The notes under the pieces are model-generated. The model searched no databases. It was given only the letters and a program-made list of their open reading frames with translations, and was not told where the DNA came from. Below, in pieces: positions 8,070-17,100 of a stretch of 37,156 nucleotides of DNA. Location of the stretch: the NCBI GenBank assembly GCA_964565095.1, contig CAZMDB010000002.1:1-37156 (forward strand), written 5' to 3'. Position 1 is the stretch's first letter, and each line of letters starts with the position of its first letter. The position numbers and the translations under genes were made by a program. This DNA is from an uncultured Methanosarcinales archaeon. GTDB taxonomy: Archaea; Nanobdellota; Nanobdellia; Woesearchaeales; DATGWN01.

Positions 8070-9014
8070 TCAGATCCACTCGTTCCTTCTGAAATACAGA
8101 TAGATCGCAAGCGACGAGACTGCCATGAGTCCGAGCGAGAAAAAATATCCATACCTCCAATGCAATTCCGGCATGTACCGGAAATTCATTCCATAGATGC
8201 TTGCGATAAGCGTGGGGATAAGGATGATGGAACCATAGACAGTAAGTTTCTTCATTGCCTCATTGAGCCGGTTCGAGATTCCTGAAACGTGGATCTCCAG
8301 GGTCGAAGTGATGATCTCGCGAAGCGTCTCGATAAGATCTATCAACTGCGTTATGTCATGATAGATGAATTGCAGCTGGCCAAAATGCTTCTTTCCTATG
8401 TATCCTGAATATCCTTTCTGCAATGCAAGAACCACTTCCCGATTTGCTGTCAAAGCCTTATAGAAATAAATAAGCGTTTTCTTGATAGAAAAGATTTCAC
8501 GTACAACCTCTTTGGCAGTGGGATCAGCAAAGATGAGATCTTCGAGTTCATCAAGATGATCCTCCATTATGTCTGCCACCTTCTGGTATACTCGCATCAT
8601 CTCTCTGAATATGAAACAGAACAGATCTGCCGGACCTGCGACTTGGCCCAGGCCATCTTGCAGCTGGGATGACACATCATCAAATGTACTGAAATGTTTC
8701 TTATGAAGAGTAATCAGTACAGAATCGTTGATATAAAATGCGCAGGAGGTTGTAAAGCTTTCATTCTTTTCAGATAAGAATGGAACACGAAGGATTATCT
8801 CTGCATATCCATCTATGCCCGACACGCGAGAGTGTTCGTCTTCATCCAAAGCACGCTTGAATTGCCGTATAGGAATTCCCGTTTTCTTACTCAATTTGCT
8901 GAGTTCTTCTGCTGATGGATCTTCTACATTGAGCCAACTGCCTTTGGGAAGCTTGGGCATTGCCGACCCATGAGAACTGTGCTTCTTTTTCCTGATGTGA
9001 TATAGACTGAACAT
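8070..9014 (-). CDS. corA: CorA-family Mg2+/Co2+ transporter
   Basis: C-terminal IYGMNFRYMPEL (the GMN signature) followed by the final TM. I chose the ATG at 9014 (MFSLYHI...) rather than the GTG at 9041, because a TATA box sits at 9044-9053. Confidence 0.85.
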   Translation of the reverse strand: MFSLYHIRKKKHSSHGSAMPKLPKGSWLNVEDPSAEELSKLSKKTGIPIRQFKRALDEDEHSRVSGIDGYAEIILRVPFLSEKNESFTTSCAFYINDSVLITLHKKHFSTFDDVSSQLQDGLGQVAGPADLFCFIFREMMRVYQKVADIMEDHLDELEDLIFADPTAKEVVREIFSIKKTLIYFYKALTANREVVLALQKGYSGYIGKKHFGQLQFIYHDITQLIDLIETLREIITSTLEIHVSGISNRLNEAMKKLTVYGSIILIPTLIASIYGMNFRYMPELHWRYGYFFSLGLMAVSSLAIYLYFRRNEWI

Positions 9015-9043
9015 CTTACTCGCAGAATACTCGGCAGGCACAG

Positions 9044-9053
9044 ATTATAAACA
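9044..9053 (-). promoter_or_regulatory. TATA box upstream of corA
   Basis: Minus strand reads TGTTTATAAT, with its centre about 34 nt upstream of the ATG at 9014. Confidence 0.45.
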
Positions 9054-9079
9054 TTCGTAATGCCCTGAGCGTAACAAAA

Positions 9080-9841
9080 TCACTCGATAGTAAGAGTTCT
9101 CGCTACAGTTTCTATACGCGCTCCGTCAGTGGAATTGACCACTGCGAAAAAGGTATATTTCCCGTCAGCACCATTCGGGATAATATTGAAGGTATGTGAG
9201 CAGGTTCCGCCGTCAGGAATGGTTCCGCACTCGTGATAGGCTGCTCCGTCGATGTAAAAGGGTGATGCAGAGACATTGGAGAGTATTCCTTTGTCCCTGA
9301 TGGGTGCCCGGGCGGATCTGCCGATCAACTTCATGCCTGAGGCTGTTTCGCGTTGCTCATCGGTCTTGAGGATAGTGTAGTATACCTTGACATCATAGAC
9401 AAACTCTTTCTCCGGTGCTGCAGCGCTGATCGCTGTACTCTCCAACGTCTTCTTCTGGTCCGGATACAGCACGAGGGGCAGGTTTTCTGAAAGAGTAGTA
9501 TTGCCCACGTCGATACGCGTTATCTGCACCGCTTGACGATAGTTGTTGCCTAGTTCCAATTCAAGGCCGTTGTCAGTGAGCCAGTAGCTATTGATACCCA
9601 CTTCCTGACTCATCAGCTTGTTGCGCATCATCCTCTCCTTGCCCATGCTTCCCAACTGGAAAAAATCCGTGTAGAGCGCTAATGAGACAGCTATGATGAT
9701 CAGGATGATGCTGATGATTGACAGCATCTCTATACTCGTCTGCCCTCGTCGTCTCAATAAAATTGCGCCTAAGAGCAGAGATGATATGAGAATCTGGCAG
9801 AGGAAATACGTCAGCCAGTTTCCAGCAGGGATCGGATCCAT
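9080..9841 (-). CDS. Archaeal type IV pilin-like protein (class III signal peptide)
   Basis: Contains RRRGQ|TSIEMLSIISIILIIIAVSLALY, which matches the archaeal prepilin motif ([KR]GQ followed by a hydrophobic helix, as in Methanococcus pilins). The ATG ORF adds a 29-aa hydrophobic extension. An in-frame TTG at 9757 would instead give the canonical M-RRRGQ N-terminus. Confidence 0.55.
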   Translation of the reverse strand: MDPIPAGNWLTYFLCQILISSLLLGAILLRRRGQTSIEMLSIISIILIIIAVSLALYTDFFQLGSMGKERMMRNKLMSQEVGINSYWLTDNGLELELGNNYRQAVQITRIDVGNTTLSENLPLVLYPDQKKTLESTAISAAAPEKEFVYDVKVYYTILKTDEQRETASGMKLIGRSARAPIRDKGILSNVSASPFYIDGAAYHECGTIPDGGTCSHTFNIIPNGADGKYTFFAVVNSTDGARIETVARTLTIE

Positions 9842-10040
9842 GTAGAGTGTGACCCCCTGGCAGGTCCCTCCAGTACAGCTGTACTCTTATAAATGTTACC
9901 GAAGAAGCGCAAAAAGACAGATGATAAAAGAAATCCATGCCCTGCACAGCTACATTTTCCTATGGTTACTCAAAGACACAACCGGACCCTCAGTTGAATT
10001 CCAATATGTTGGTCGATTTCGCTACGACTTTTCAGGTAAC

Positions 10041-10051
10041 TTTTTAAATAA
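10041..10051 (+). promoter_or_regulatory. TATA box upstream of the stomatin gene
   Basis: TTTTTAAATAA, with its centre about 36 nt upstream of the ATG at 10082. Confidence 0.45.
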
Positions 10052-10081
10052 CGTAAGCAGCAAGTCCATTGAGGTATCACT

Positions 10082-10882
10082 ATGGTATGGCTTATCGTAC
10101 TCGGCATCATTGTCGTCATCATTCTGGCATCAGGCATCAAAGTGGTATATGAGTACGAACGTGGTGTAAGGTTCACTCTCGGAAAATTATCGGGCATAAT
10201 GGAGTCAGGACTGCGGTTCGTCATCCCGATCATCCAGACATACCAGAAGGTGGATATCCGTGTCAAGACTGTGGATGTGCCCGACCAGGAAGCAATGACA
10301 GGAGACAATATCTCGGTCACAATCAATGCGGTTATCTATTACAAAGTGCGTGACGCCAAGAGAGCTATCGTTGAGGTACAGGATTTCTACTATGCGATCA
10401 GCCAGCTTGCTCAGACGACCATGCGCAACATTGTCGGTGAATTCGATCTTGACAGTCTCCTGTCCAACCGCGAACAGGTTTCCAACAAGATCGAAGAGAT
10501 TGTCGATAAGGCTACGGACCCATGGGGCATCGAAGTAGTCAGCGTAGAGCTCAAGGACATCGTGCTTCCGCAGGATATGAAGCGTGTCATCGGACGTCAG
10601 GCTGAAGCTGAACGGGAACGGCGAGCAGTTATTATCAAGAGCGAGGGAGAAGTCAAGGCTTCAGAAAATCTGGCAAAAGCAGCTGAGACTCTCACTGCAA
10701 GCAATGGATCGCTGCATCTGCGCACACTGCATACGCTCAATGATCTTTCCGGCGACCAATCCAATACCGTCATATTCGCAGTCCCTATCGAGGTTCTTCG
10801 TGCGTTTGAGAGCATGAGTGGCGGACCTGTACGTGATATGGTCGATTCTATCGCCAAGAAAGTCAAGAAAGCAAAAAGATGA
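10082..10882 (+). CDS. SPFH/band-7 stomatin-like protein
   Basis: N-terminal TM, then VYEYERGVRFTLGKL...DVPDQEAMTGDNISVTINAVIYYKV...TTMRNIVGEFDLDSLLSNRE...GIEVVSVELKDIVLPQDM...AEAERERRA. This is the typical stomatin/prohibitin-homology core followed by a coiled coil. Confidence 0.9.
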   Translation: MVWLIVLGIIVVIILASGIKVVYEYERGVRFTLGKLSGIMESGLRFVIPIIQTYQKVDIRVKTVDVPDQEAMTGDNISVTINAVIYYKVRDAKRAIVEVQDFYYAISQLAQTTMRNIVGEFDLDSLLSNREQVSNKIEEIVDKATDPWGIEVVSVELKDIVLPQDMKRVIGRQAEAERERRAVIIKSEGEVKASENLAKAAETLTASNGSLHLRTLHTLNDLSGDQSNTVIFAVPIEVLRAFESMSGGPVRDMVDSIAKKVKKAKR

Positions 10883-10927
10883 TCGGCTCTGGACCTAGTT
10901 GATCTATCCAGTTAATCTAACAGCTGA

Positions 10928-11962
10928 TTACAACTTCGGATATACATCTGTCTGCATACTGACACGCACGGTCTTTGCTGCATACCCTTGCTGCTCTACC
11001 AGGTCACGAGAAGTCATAGCACTCTCTGCAAACATGATCAGTTCGTCTTTCAATGTCATGACAGCTATCAGTTCATCTTTCTGTATCTCTGTCTCTGCTT
11101 TTGCCACCATCTCTGCATAGAGCTTGAGACCATTGGCAAGAGGGTTGACCGCATCATCGCAGACCCATACTTTTGGGAGATGACGAGCGATCTCTTCGAC
11201 CGGATACAGCATGTTCTTGAGCTTGACCGGGTTCCTCTCATTCTGATACTCATGATACGCATCCTTAAGGTCGTGCAGAGTGACCATCTCCTCCCAGCGG
11301 AATCCCCCCGACTTTGTCCTGATCAGTTGTGCCATATGCGCGCCGCAACCGAGTGCTTCACCCATATCATGGCATAGTTTCCTGATGTAGGTTCCGGCCT
11401 GGCAGCCGACCTTGAACAGGATCTCCCGCCCGTCCATATCCAGGATATCGATGTAGTATATCTTGCGGTACCGCCATTGTCGTTTGACCGCCGATTTGAG
11501 AGGAGGAAGCTGTCGGATGCGACCTACGAACTTCTCCTCAAGCACCTTGCGTATCTGCTCATGAGGCATATCACTATGAAGATGCATGTAGCAGACATAC
11601 TCCTTGCCTGCTGTCAGGAGGACCTGCAGTGTCTTGCGGGCGCGTCCGAGGGCGATAGGCAGCAATCCTGTAACCGACGGATCAAGCGTGCCTGCTTGGC
11701 CTGCTCTGTGGATACCCACTATGTTCTTGGCCCATTCGGTGACCTGATGTGAAGTAGGGCCCTTCGGCTTGTTGATAAGCAGCATCCCTGACTCTATGAG
11801 TTCTTCGACCGTACGCTCTTCAGGACGCTTCCCGTAGGCTGGATCTGTCTCACATTCCCGACGGACCAGCACCTGCCTCTCTATCTTCTCGAAAGGCAAC
11901 CGCGTCTGTTCTTGGTCTCTTGAGAATATAGTCTTTTCCAGTGCATCCGAACCTTTCTGCAT
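10928..11962 (-). CDS. cbf5: tRNA/rRNA pseudouridine synthase Cbf5 (H/ACA RNP catalytic subunit, TruB family with PUA domain)
   Basis: Contains LLINKPKGPTSHQV and GTLDPSVTGLLPIALGRARK (with the catalytic Asp). A C-terminal PUA-like region reads VWVCDDAVNPLANGLKLYAEMV. Length is 344 aa. Confidence 0.9.
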   Translation of the reverse strand: MQKGSDALEKTIFSRDQEQTRLPFEKIERQVLVRRECETDPAYGKRPEERTVEELIESGMLLINKPKGPTSHQVTEWAKNIVGIHRAGQAGTLDPSVTGLLPIALGRARKTLQVLLTAGKEYVCYMHLHSDMPHEQIRKVLEEKFVGRIRQLPPLKSAVKRQWRYRKIYYIDILDMDGREILFKVGCQAGTYIRKLCHDMGEALGCGAHMAQLIRTKSGGFRWEEMVTLHDLKDAYHEYQNERNPVKLKNMLYPVEEIARHLPKVWVCDDAVNPLANGLKLYAEMVAKAETEIQKDELIAVMTLKDELIMFAESAMTSRDLVEQQGYAAKTVRVSMQTDVYPKL

Positions 11963-11983
11963 ACAACCGGAGAAGAATGCTGC

Positions 11984-11998
11984 ATTTAAAAATATTAA
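11984..11998 (-). promoter_or_regulatory. TATA box upstream of cbf5
   Basis: Minus strand reads CTTAATATTTTTAAAT. The TATA centre is about 26 nt from the ATG at 11962, which implies a leaderless transcript. Confidence 0.5.
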
Positions 11999-12170
11999 GT
12001 TCCTGCCGTCTTTGTTATCCTCTACAGATATGCCACATCGATAGATACAAAAATTGGGTGAACATCTATCTGTCTATGTACAATATGTACAACCTCATCT
12101 GCAGCTTTCGTGCTCTTTTTAAACAAGCACATCTTTTATTACATCCAAGACTCATCCACGAGGGATTATT

Positions 12171-14294
12171 ATGAGCATGCAGGAAAGAAAGACCATCAGC
12201 AATATCTATACCATCAAAAAATGCCTCTATAGCCTGAGCCTGCTCCTACTGGCTCTTCTGGTCCTGGCCGGCTGTCAGCGACTTCCTCCGGAATCTCCTT
12301 CCACAGACATTGAGGGCACCTACGATCTGCCTACCCAGATCGACTTCGGACGTCTGATTGAAAGAAAAGAGTTCACCTCTAGAGAAGAACTTGAGAGTTT
12401 CCTGACCTCTTTCGGAGACACGCAATCCCATATGCCATTGAAGAACGCCCGATCCGTCATGCCTGCTGATGGTATGGCTGAAAGTATTGCTGTTGACAGC
12501 GGCCAATCTGCTCCTGAGTATTCTGGTACGAATGTACAAGTGGAAACTGTTGATGAAGCTGATATCCTCAAAACTGATGGTACCTATATCTACACTGTCA
12601 CTGATTCCACTCTTTTCATCATCCAAGCTTATCCAGGGGAAGAAGCAAAGGTCGTATCCTCCCTGTCTTTCAAGGATCGGCCACGCGGCCTTTTCGTACG
12701 GGGAGAGACTCTGGCCATTTTCGGCGACACGCGCGACAATTCCTTCTTTACTGAACATGATATCCGTCCTGCCGATGGCATGACCTATGTGCACATCTAT
12801 GACATCTCAGACAAAGCGGATCCCACGCTCATCGAAGAGTATCATCTGGAAGGAAGATATTTCAGGGGGCGTATGAAAGAGGATAGACACATGTATCTGC
12901 TGACCACCAATAGGCCGTATCCTCAGTCTCCATTGCCGATCATCATGCGGGGGGGCCAGGTCAATCATATTCCATTGTCCAATATCCATTATTTCACCGT
13001 GCCGTATCAGGATCCCATCTTTGTGAATATCCATGCTATCTCTCTGGGTAATGCAGCTGATCCTGTCTCTAAGACATTGGTCGTGGAAAACAGCCAGGAA
13101 ATCTATATGTCAGAGGACAACATCTATATTGCGTATCCCCAGTACGTTAACGAGTATGAACTCATGCAGAAAGTAACTGCGGATGTTGTGCACGATCTGC
13201 TGGATGAAAAAGAGAAGGAGCGGATCGAAAAGATTCAGGATGCTGATCCGGAAGTGCTATCTCCTGCGGAAAAACGCTACAAGATCTTTTCTGTCTACGA
13301 GCGCCATATCTCTTTTCTCTCACCTGAAGAGCAGGATACAATCAGAGATGCTATCGAAGATCGTCTGCAGAAGCGGTTGGAGGATTTCGAGCATTTCGAG
13401 TATACTGCCTTGCACAGGATACACATTGATGGCATGACGATCGAACCTTCTGCGCAAGGCAAAGTTCCGGGTGTCATTAACAACCAGTTCTCGATGGATG
13501 AACGCAAGGATGTGCTTCGCATCGCGACTACGTTGAACGCACGCTGGTCCCGTTTCAATAAGGGCCCTTCCAAATCAAGCAATAACATCTATACACTTGA
13601 TAATAATCTAGAGATCATGGACCGTGTGGAAGGGATCGCCGAGGATGAACGCATCTTCTCTACACGATTCATCGATGATCGTCTTTACATGGTCACGTTC
13701 CGGCAAGTGGACCCCTTCTTTGTGGTGGATCTGAGCGACCCTGAGAATATTGAGATTCTGGGAGAACTCAAGATTCCTGGCTTTTCCCGCTATCTCCATC
13801 CATACGATGAAAATGTCATCATGGGTCTGGGCAAGGATGCGACCGATACAGGACGTACGACCGGACTGAAGATTTCCCTTTTTGATGTCAGCGACGTGCG
13901 CAATCCAGAGGAGATTACTGCGTTCGTGACCAAAGAGCGCTATGCAGACTCCACTGCGCTTCATGAGCATAAAGCGTTCCTTTTCGAACGTGCACGTAAT
14001 CTGTTGGTCATTCCGGCGTACAGCGATAATCATCGAGAAAAAGGAGAGAACGGTTACAATGGCGCTTTTGTCTTCAATGTGACTGCTGCTTCAATCGAGC
14101 TGCGTGGACTGATCGATCACTCTGACGCTGCACGTTATCGATGGTCTCCTGCAGTGGAACGTTCGTTGTATATCGACAATGTTCTGTATACCAAGAGCCC
14201 CTATCTCCTGCGTTTGAATGCGCTTGATGACCTGCATAGTGTCAGGAATATTACTCTTGACCCGAAAGGATCCTCAGAAATACCTACATACTGA
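12171..14294 (+). CDS. Secreted beta-propeller-domain lipoprotein (PF09826/COG4880-like)
   Basis: Lipobox-like LLVLAGC. Contains YSGTNVQVETVDEADILKTDGTYIYTV and STRFIDDRLYMVTFRQVDPFFVVDLSDPENIEILGELKIPGFSRYLHPYDEN, the hallmark motifs of the beta-propeller-domain family, plus a central coiled-coil insert. Confidence 0.8.
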   Translation: MSMQERKTISNIYTIKKCLYSLSLLLLALLVLAGCQRLPPESPSTDIEGTYDLPTQIDFGRLIERKEFTSREELESFLTSFGDTQSHMPLKNARSVMPADGMAESIAVDSGQSAPEYSGTNVQVETVDEADILKTDGTYIYTVTDSTLFIIQAYPGEEAKVVSSLSFKDRPRGLFVRGETLAIFGDTRDNSFFTEHDIRPADGMTYVHIYDISDKADPTLIEEYHLEGRYFRGRMKEDRHMYLLTTNRPYPQSPLPIIMRGGQVNHIPLSNIHYFTVPYQDPIFVNIHAISLGNAADPVSKTLVVENSQEIYMSEDNIYIAYPQYVNEYELMQKVTADVVHDLLDEKEKERIEKIQDADPEVLSPAEKRYKIFSVYERHISFLSPEEQDTIRDAIEDRLQKRLEDFEHFEYTALHRIHIDGMTIEPSAQGKVPGVINNQFSMDERKDVLRIATTLNARWSRFNKGPSKSSNNIYTLDNNLEIMDRVEGIAEDERIFSTRFIDDRLYMVTFRQVDPFFVVDLSDPENIEILGELKIPGFSRYLHPYDENVIMGLGKDATDTGRTTGLKISLFDVSDVRNPEEITAFVTKERYADSTALHEHKAFLFERARNLLVIPAYSDNHREKGENGYNGAFVFNVTAASIELRGLIDHSDAARYRWSPAVERSLYIDNVLYTKSPYLLRLNALDDLHSVRNITLDPKGSSEIPTY

Positions 14295-14339
14295 GCGGAT
14301 AGACTGGTGGATAGACCAAGGATCACGAAGACTATCATA

Positions 14340-15065
14340 TCATCGAGAACTGCAGTCCGAGAAAACCCAGGTAGCTTGCTGCCATGATGCCTGCCTGCGA
14401 GTGATCTCTGTCTTTTTCCAGAAGAACCAGAATCCGAGCAGAGATATGAGGAACCAGAAGGGAATGTCTATCCAGATAAGGCTGCTGCTGACCGGATAGG
14501 TAGATATCATTCCTATACTCAGCGCGAAAAGCGGATTGGTGATATTCGAACCGATCAATGTGCCTAACGAGATATCTGAGGATTTCTTGATGAGTGCCAT
14601 CAACGAGGTTAGGAATTCAGGGAAGCTCTACTGCACGACGTAGAGGGTAGATAGCACGAATCCCTGCCGATCAGATGATAATCACGGTGCAGCGTTTTGG
14701 TGCCGCTGCGCAGGGTAAAGAACATCCCCCACGATGCCCAGTATCAAGGTGATCTGTATGATATTGGACCCTGACATTTGTCCCGATAGCAGTCCGCTGG
14801 CCTGGACCTGACCCCCGAGTATGGCAATGCTGGAAAATATGTGGGTGAATATTTCAGGAAGCGATGTGCCGACCGGCAGGGTCGTCAGACCGATGAAAGC
14901 CTCACTGACATTAAGAGATCGGGCAATCCGTACCGATACATTGACTATCAGATTGGCGCCCATCAGGCCCCTATGTGGCCGACCACCAGATATTCGATGC
15001 TCTCTATCAGGACGAATCCTGGACATGATGGAATCTAGATGTCTATTGTCCCCGAGGAATATCAC
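14340..15065 (-). pseudogene. Decayed Na+/Ca2+ exchanger (CaCA/YrbG-type) gene
   Basis: - One reading frame carries alpha-1 (GLTTLPVGTSLPEIFTHI...GSNIIQITLILG) and alpha-2 (SFPEFLTSLMALIKKSSDISLGTLIGSNITNPL).
- That frame has in-frame stops: TGA at 14682-14684 and TAG at 14628-14630. The TAG falls in the conserved GTS-L-PE position.
- The TM4-TM6 segment between the alpha repeats is missing.
- The N-terminal TM1 is readable only in another frame (FVLIESIEYLVVGHIGA). Confidence 0.65.
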
Positions 15066-15083
15066 TAGAATCCTTAGTAGAAG

Positions 15084-17018
15084 TCACAACCGTGCCTTCT
15101 TCACCTTCTGCAGAAGCTGCTTATGTCCTTTCCAGTCCAGAGCATACTCCAGAACTTCATGGATGCTCCTGACCGCGATTATCTTGATCTTTTTGAGTTT
15201 CTCTTTGTTGACCACAATATCCCTGAGGTTGCTCTGCGGTACGATGACCTGGTTGAGTCCTGCCTCGATGGCCGCCTCAATCTTATAGCTCACTCCTCCG
15301 ATAGGCAGGACATTCCCACGGACAGACAGTGATCCGGTCATTGCAGTATCCTGACGAATGGGGATATCCTTGAGTGCTGATATTACGGAGACTGCCACTG
15401 CTATGCTTGCTGAATCACCCTCCACACCTTCGTATGTCTGCAGGAACTGGATAGATATGGTATTGTTCTTGATATCCTGACCGAACATCTTGCGGACAAC
15501 AGCACTGACATTAGTAATGGCCTCTTTTGCTATATCCCCCAGCTTTCCTGTCGCAACAATCTCTGTCTCCTTGTTCCCCTTCGAGACCTGGCTTTCTATA
15601 GGGAGGACTATGCCGGAATATGCAGATCCGCCTCCCATGACTGCCAGCCCATTGACACGTCCGATTCTCTGCCCTTCAGTCACAATGACTTCATATTCCT
15701 TCTTCCGCTCGATAATTGTATCCGATATCTGCTGTTCGATAGGGCGCGCAAGTGCTTTTGCGTTTTCAACATCCTCTGCAGTCACCGCTTCGGCTTTTCG
15801 CTCGAGCGCTATATCTCCCGCGGCACGGATCAATCCACCCAATTCACGCAGCCGCAATGTGAGATGTCCTTTCCTGTTGGCCCGTCTGCGAGCTTCTTCA
15901 ATCATGGATTCTACTCCACTTTTATCGAAATGAGGTATCTTCTTGTCTTTCTTGACCTCTTGGGCTATGAATACAGCAATCTTATCATGATTTTCCGGTG
16001 TATCCTTGAAGGTGTCCTTCATGTAGATCTCATACCCGTAACCACGGATACGACTGCGTAGTGCAGGATGCATCTTGTTGAGAGAATCATAGTTGCCTGC
16101 AGCGATAAGTACGAAGTTGCAGGGAACAGGCTCTGTGCGGACCATCGCTCCTGCTGAACGCTCCGATTGGCCGGTGATAGCGAACTTTCCTTCTTGGAGT
16201 GCTGTGAGAAGTTCCTGCTGTGATGCGACATCCAGTGTCGATATCTCATCGATAAATAGAACTCCCATGTGCGATTTATGTATCATGCCAGCAACTATTC
16301 GTTCATGCGCAGGCGTACCCAGTCCTCCGCTCTGGAAGGGATCGTGGAGCACATCTCCGAGTAACGCACCTGCGTGGGCTCCTGTGGCGTCATTGAAGGG
16401 CGCATGCTTCTTCCCGAAATTATCGACAATAACTTTGGGTACGCTTACCTTGCTACCAGTATTCATACGCTTGCTCATATTGAGCATAATGATGAATCCG
16501 ATGAAAAAGAGCATCGACGTAACAAGACTTGCCGCATATACCACATCCGGAAGTTTCCCTATAGACCACGCCCAGTAGGGCACAAGTGATATGATAATCA
16601 GAACAATGATGAGTATGAGCGTCTGGCTACGCTGACTGGATTGGGACTCTACCCTGCTTTTTGCGACCAGCTGGCGGCCCTTACCCGCAGGCACAACCCG
16701 TATGAGAGGTTGGTTCTCGTCATTGGGATTCTGGAAGGAAATAATATCAGTCAACTTCTCCTTGGGGAGCAATTCCGACATGGCAATGCCGAGCATCGAT
16801 TTTCCAGTTCCCGGCTCTCCAATGAGAAAAACATGACGACGCTGCTGTGCTGCCTTCTTTATCACTTCGACAGCTTCATCCTGACCGATGACCTGATCAA
16901 TTATCTCCTTTGGGACCGGAAGATCCTTGGTCGTCGCGTAGTCGAATGGCGTGTATGCAGAAGCCTTTTTCCTTGCTGATGTGGCTTTTTCTGATGCCTT
17001 CTTCCCCTTTTTTGCCAT
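15084..17018 (-). CDS. lonB: Archaeal membrane-bound Lon protease (LonB)
   Basis: Walker [15 protein letters not shown]. Two TM helices are inserted in the AAA+ domain ([18 protein letters not shown] ... [13 protein letters not shown]). Walker B is VLFIDEI. The protease Ser is in [11 protein letters not shown] and the Lys region is [13 protein letters not shown] set the start to the ATG at 17018, because the track's GTG at 17033 lies only 7 nt from the TATA box. Confidence 0.9.
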   Translation of the reverse strand: MAKKGKKASEKATSARKKASAYTPFDYATTKDLPVPKEIIDQVIGQDEAVEVIKKAAQQRRHVFLIGEPGTGKSMLGIAMSELLPKEKLTDIISFQNPNDENQPLIRVVPAGKGRQLVAKSRVESQSSQRSQTLILIIVLIIISLVPYWAWSIGKLPDVVYAASLVTSMLFFIGFIIMLNMSKRMNTGSKVSVPKVIVDNFGKKHAPFNDATGAHAGALLGDVLHDPFQSGGLGTPAHERIVAGMIHKSHMGVLFIDEISTLDVASQQELLTALQEGKFAITGQSERSAGAMVRTEPVPCNFVLIAAGNYDSLNKMHPALRSRIRGYGYEIYMKDTFKDTPENHDKIAVFIAQEVKKDKKIPHFDKSGVESMIEEARRRANRKGHLTLRLRELGGLIRAAGDIALERKAEAVTAEDVENAKALARPIEQQISDTIIERKKEYEVIVTEGQRIGRVNGLAVMGGGSAYSGIVLPIESQVSKGNKETEIVATGKLGDIAKEAITNVSAVVRKMFGQDIKNNTISIQFLQTYEGVEGDSASIAVAVSVISALKDIPIRQDTAMTGSLSVRGNVLPIGGVSYKIEAAIEAGLNQVIVPQSNLRDIVVNKEKLKKIKIIAVRSIHEVLEYALDWKGHKQLLQKVKKARL

Positions 17019-17039
17019 CAGGTTGTCATACACCTCTTC

Positions 17040-17053
17040 TATTTTTAAATATT
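17040..17053 (-). promoter_or_regulatory. TATA box upstream of lonB
   Basis: Minus strand reads AATATTTAAAAATA. Its centre is about 28 nt upstream of the ATG at 17018, which suggests a leaderless transcript. Confidence 0.5.
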
Positions 17054-17100
17054 GGGGTGGTTTCAGCGTTTGTTAGGAGGCGAGCAATTCAGAATATTCC

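Noticed and set aside
10082-10882. Stomatin gene as part of a stomatin/NfeD (STOPP protease) operon
   Set aside because: No NfeD-like ORF flanks it. The upstream neighbour is a divergent pilin-like gene and the downstream neighbour is convergent cbf5. It therefore appears to be a stand-alone SPFH gene.
14628-14684. In-frame TGA and TAG in the CaCA gene as stop-codon recoding (Sec, Pyl or an alternative genetic code)
   Set aside because: TGA terminates most well-supported genes here, including several ATGA-overlap junctions, and TAG terminates the giant adhesin gene. The CaCA gene also has a large internal deletion and an N-terminal frameshift, so decay is the simpler explanation.
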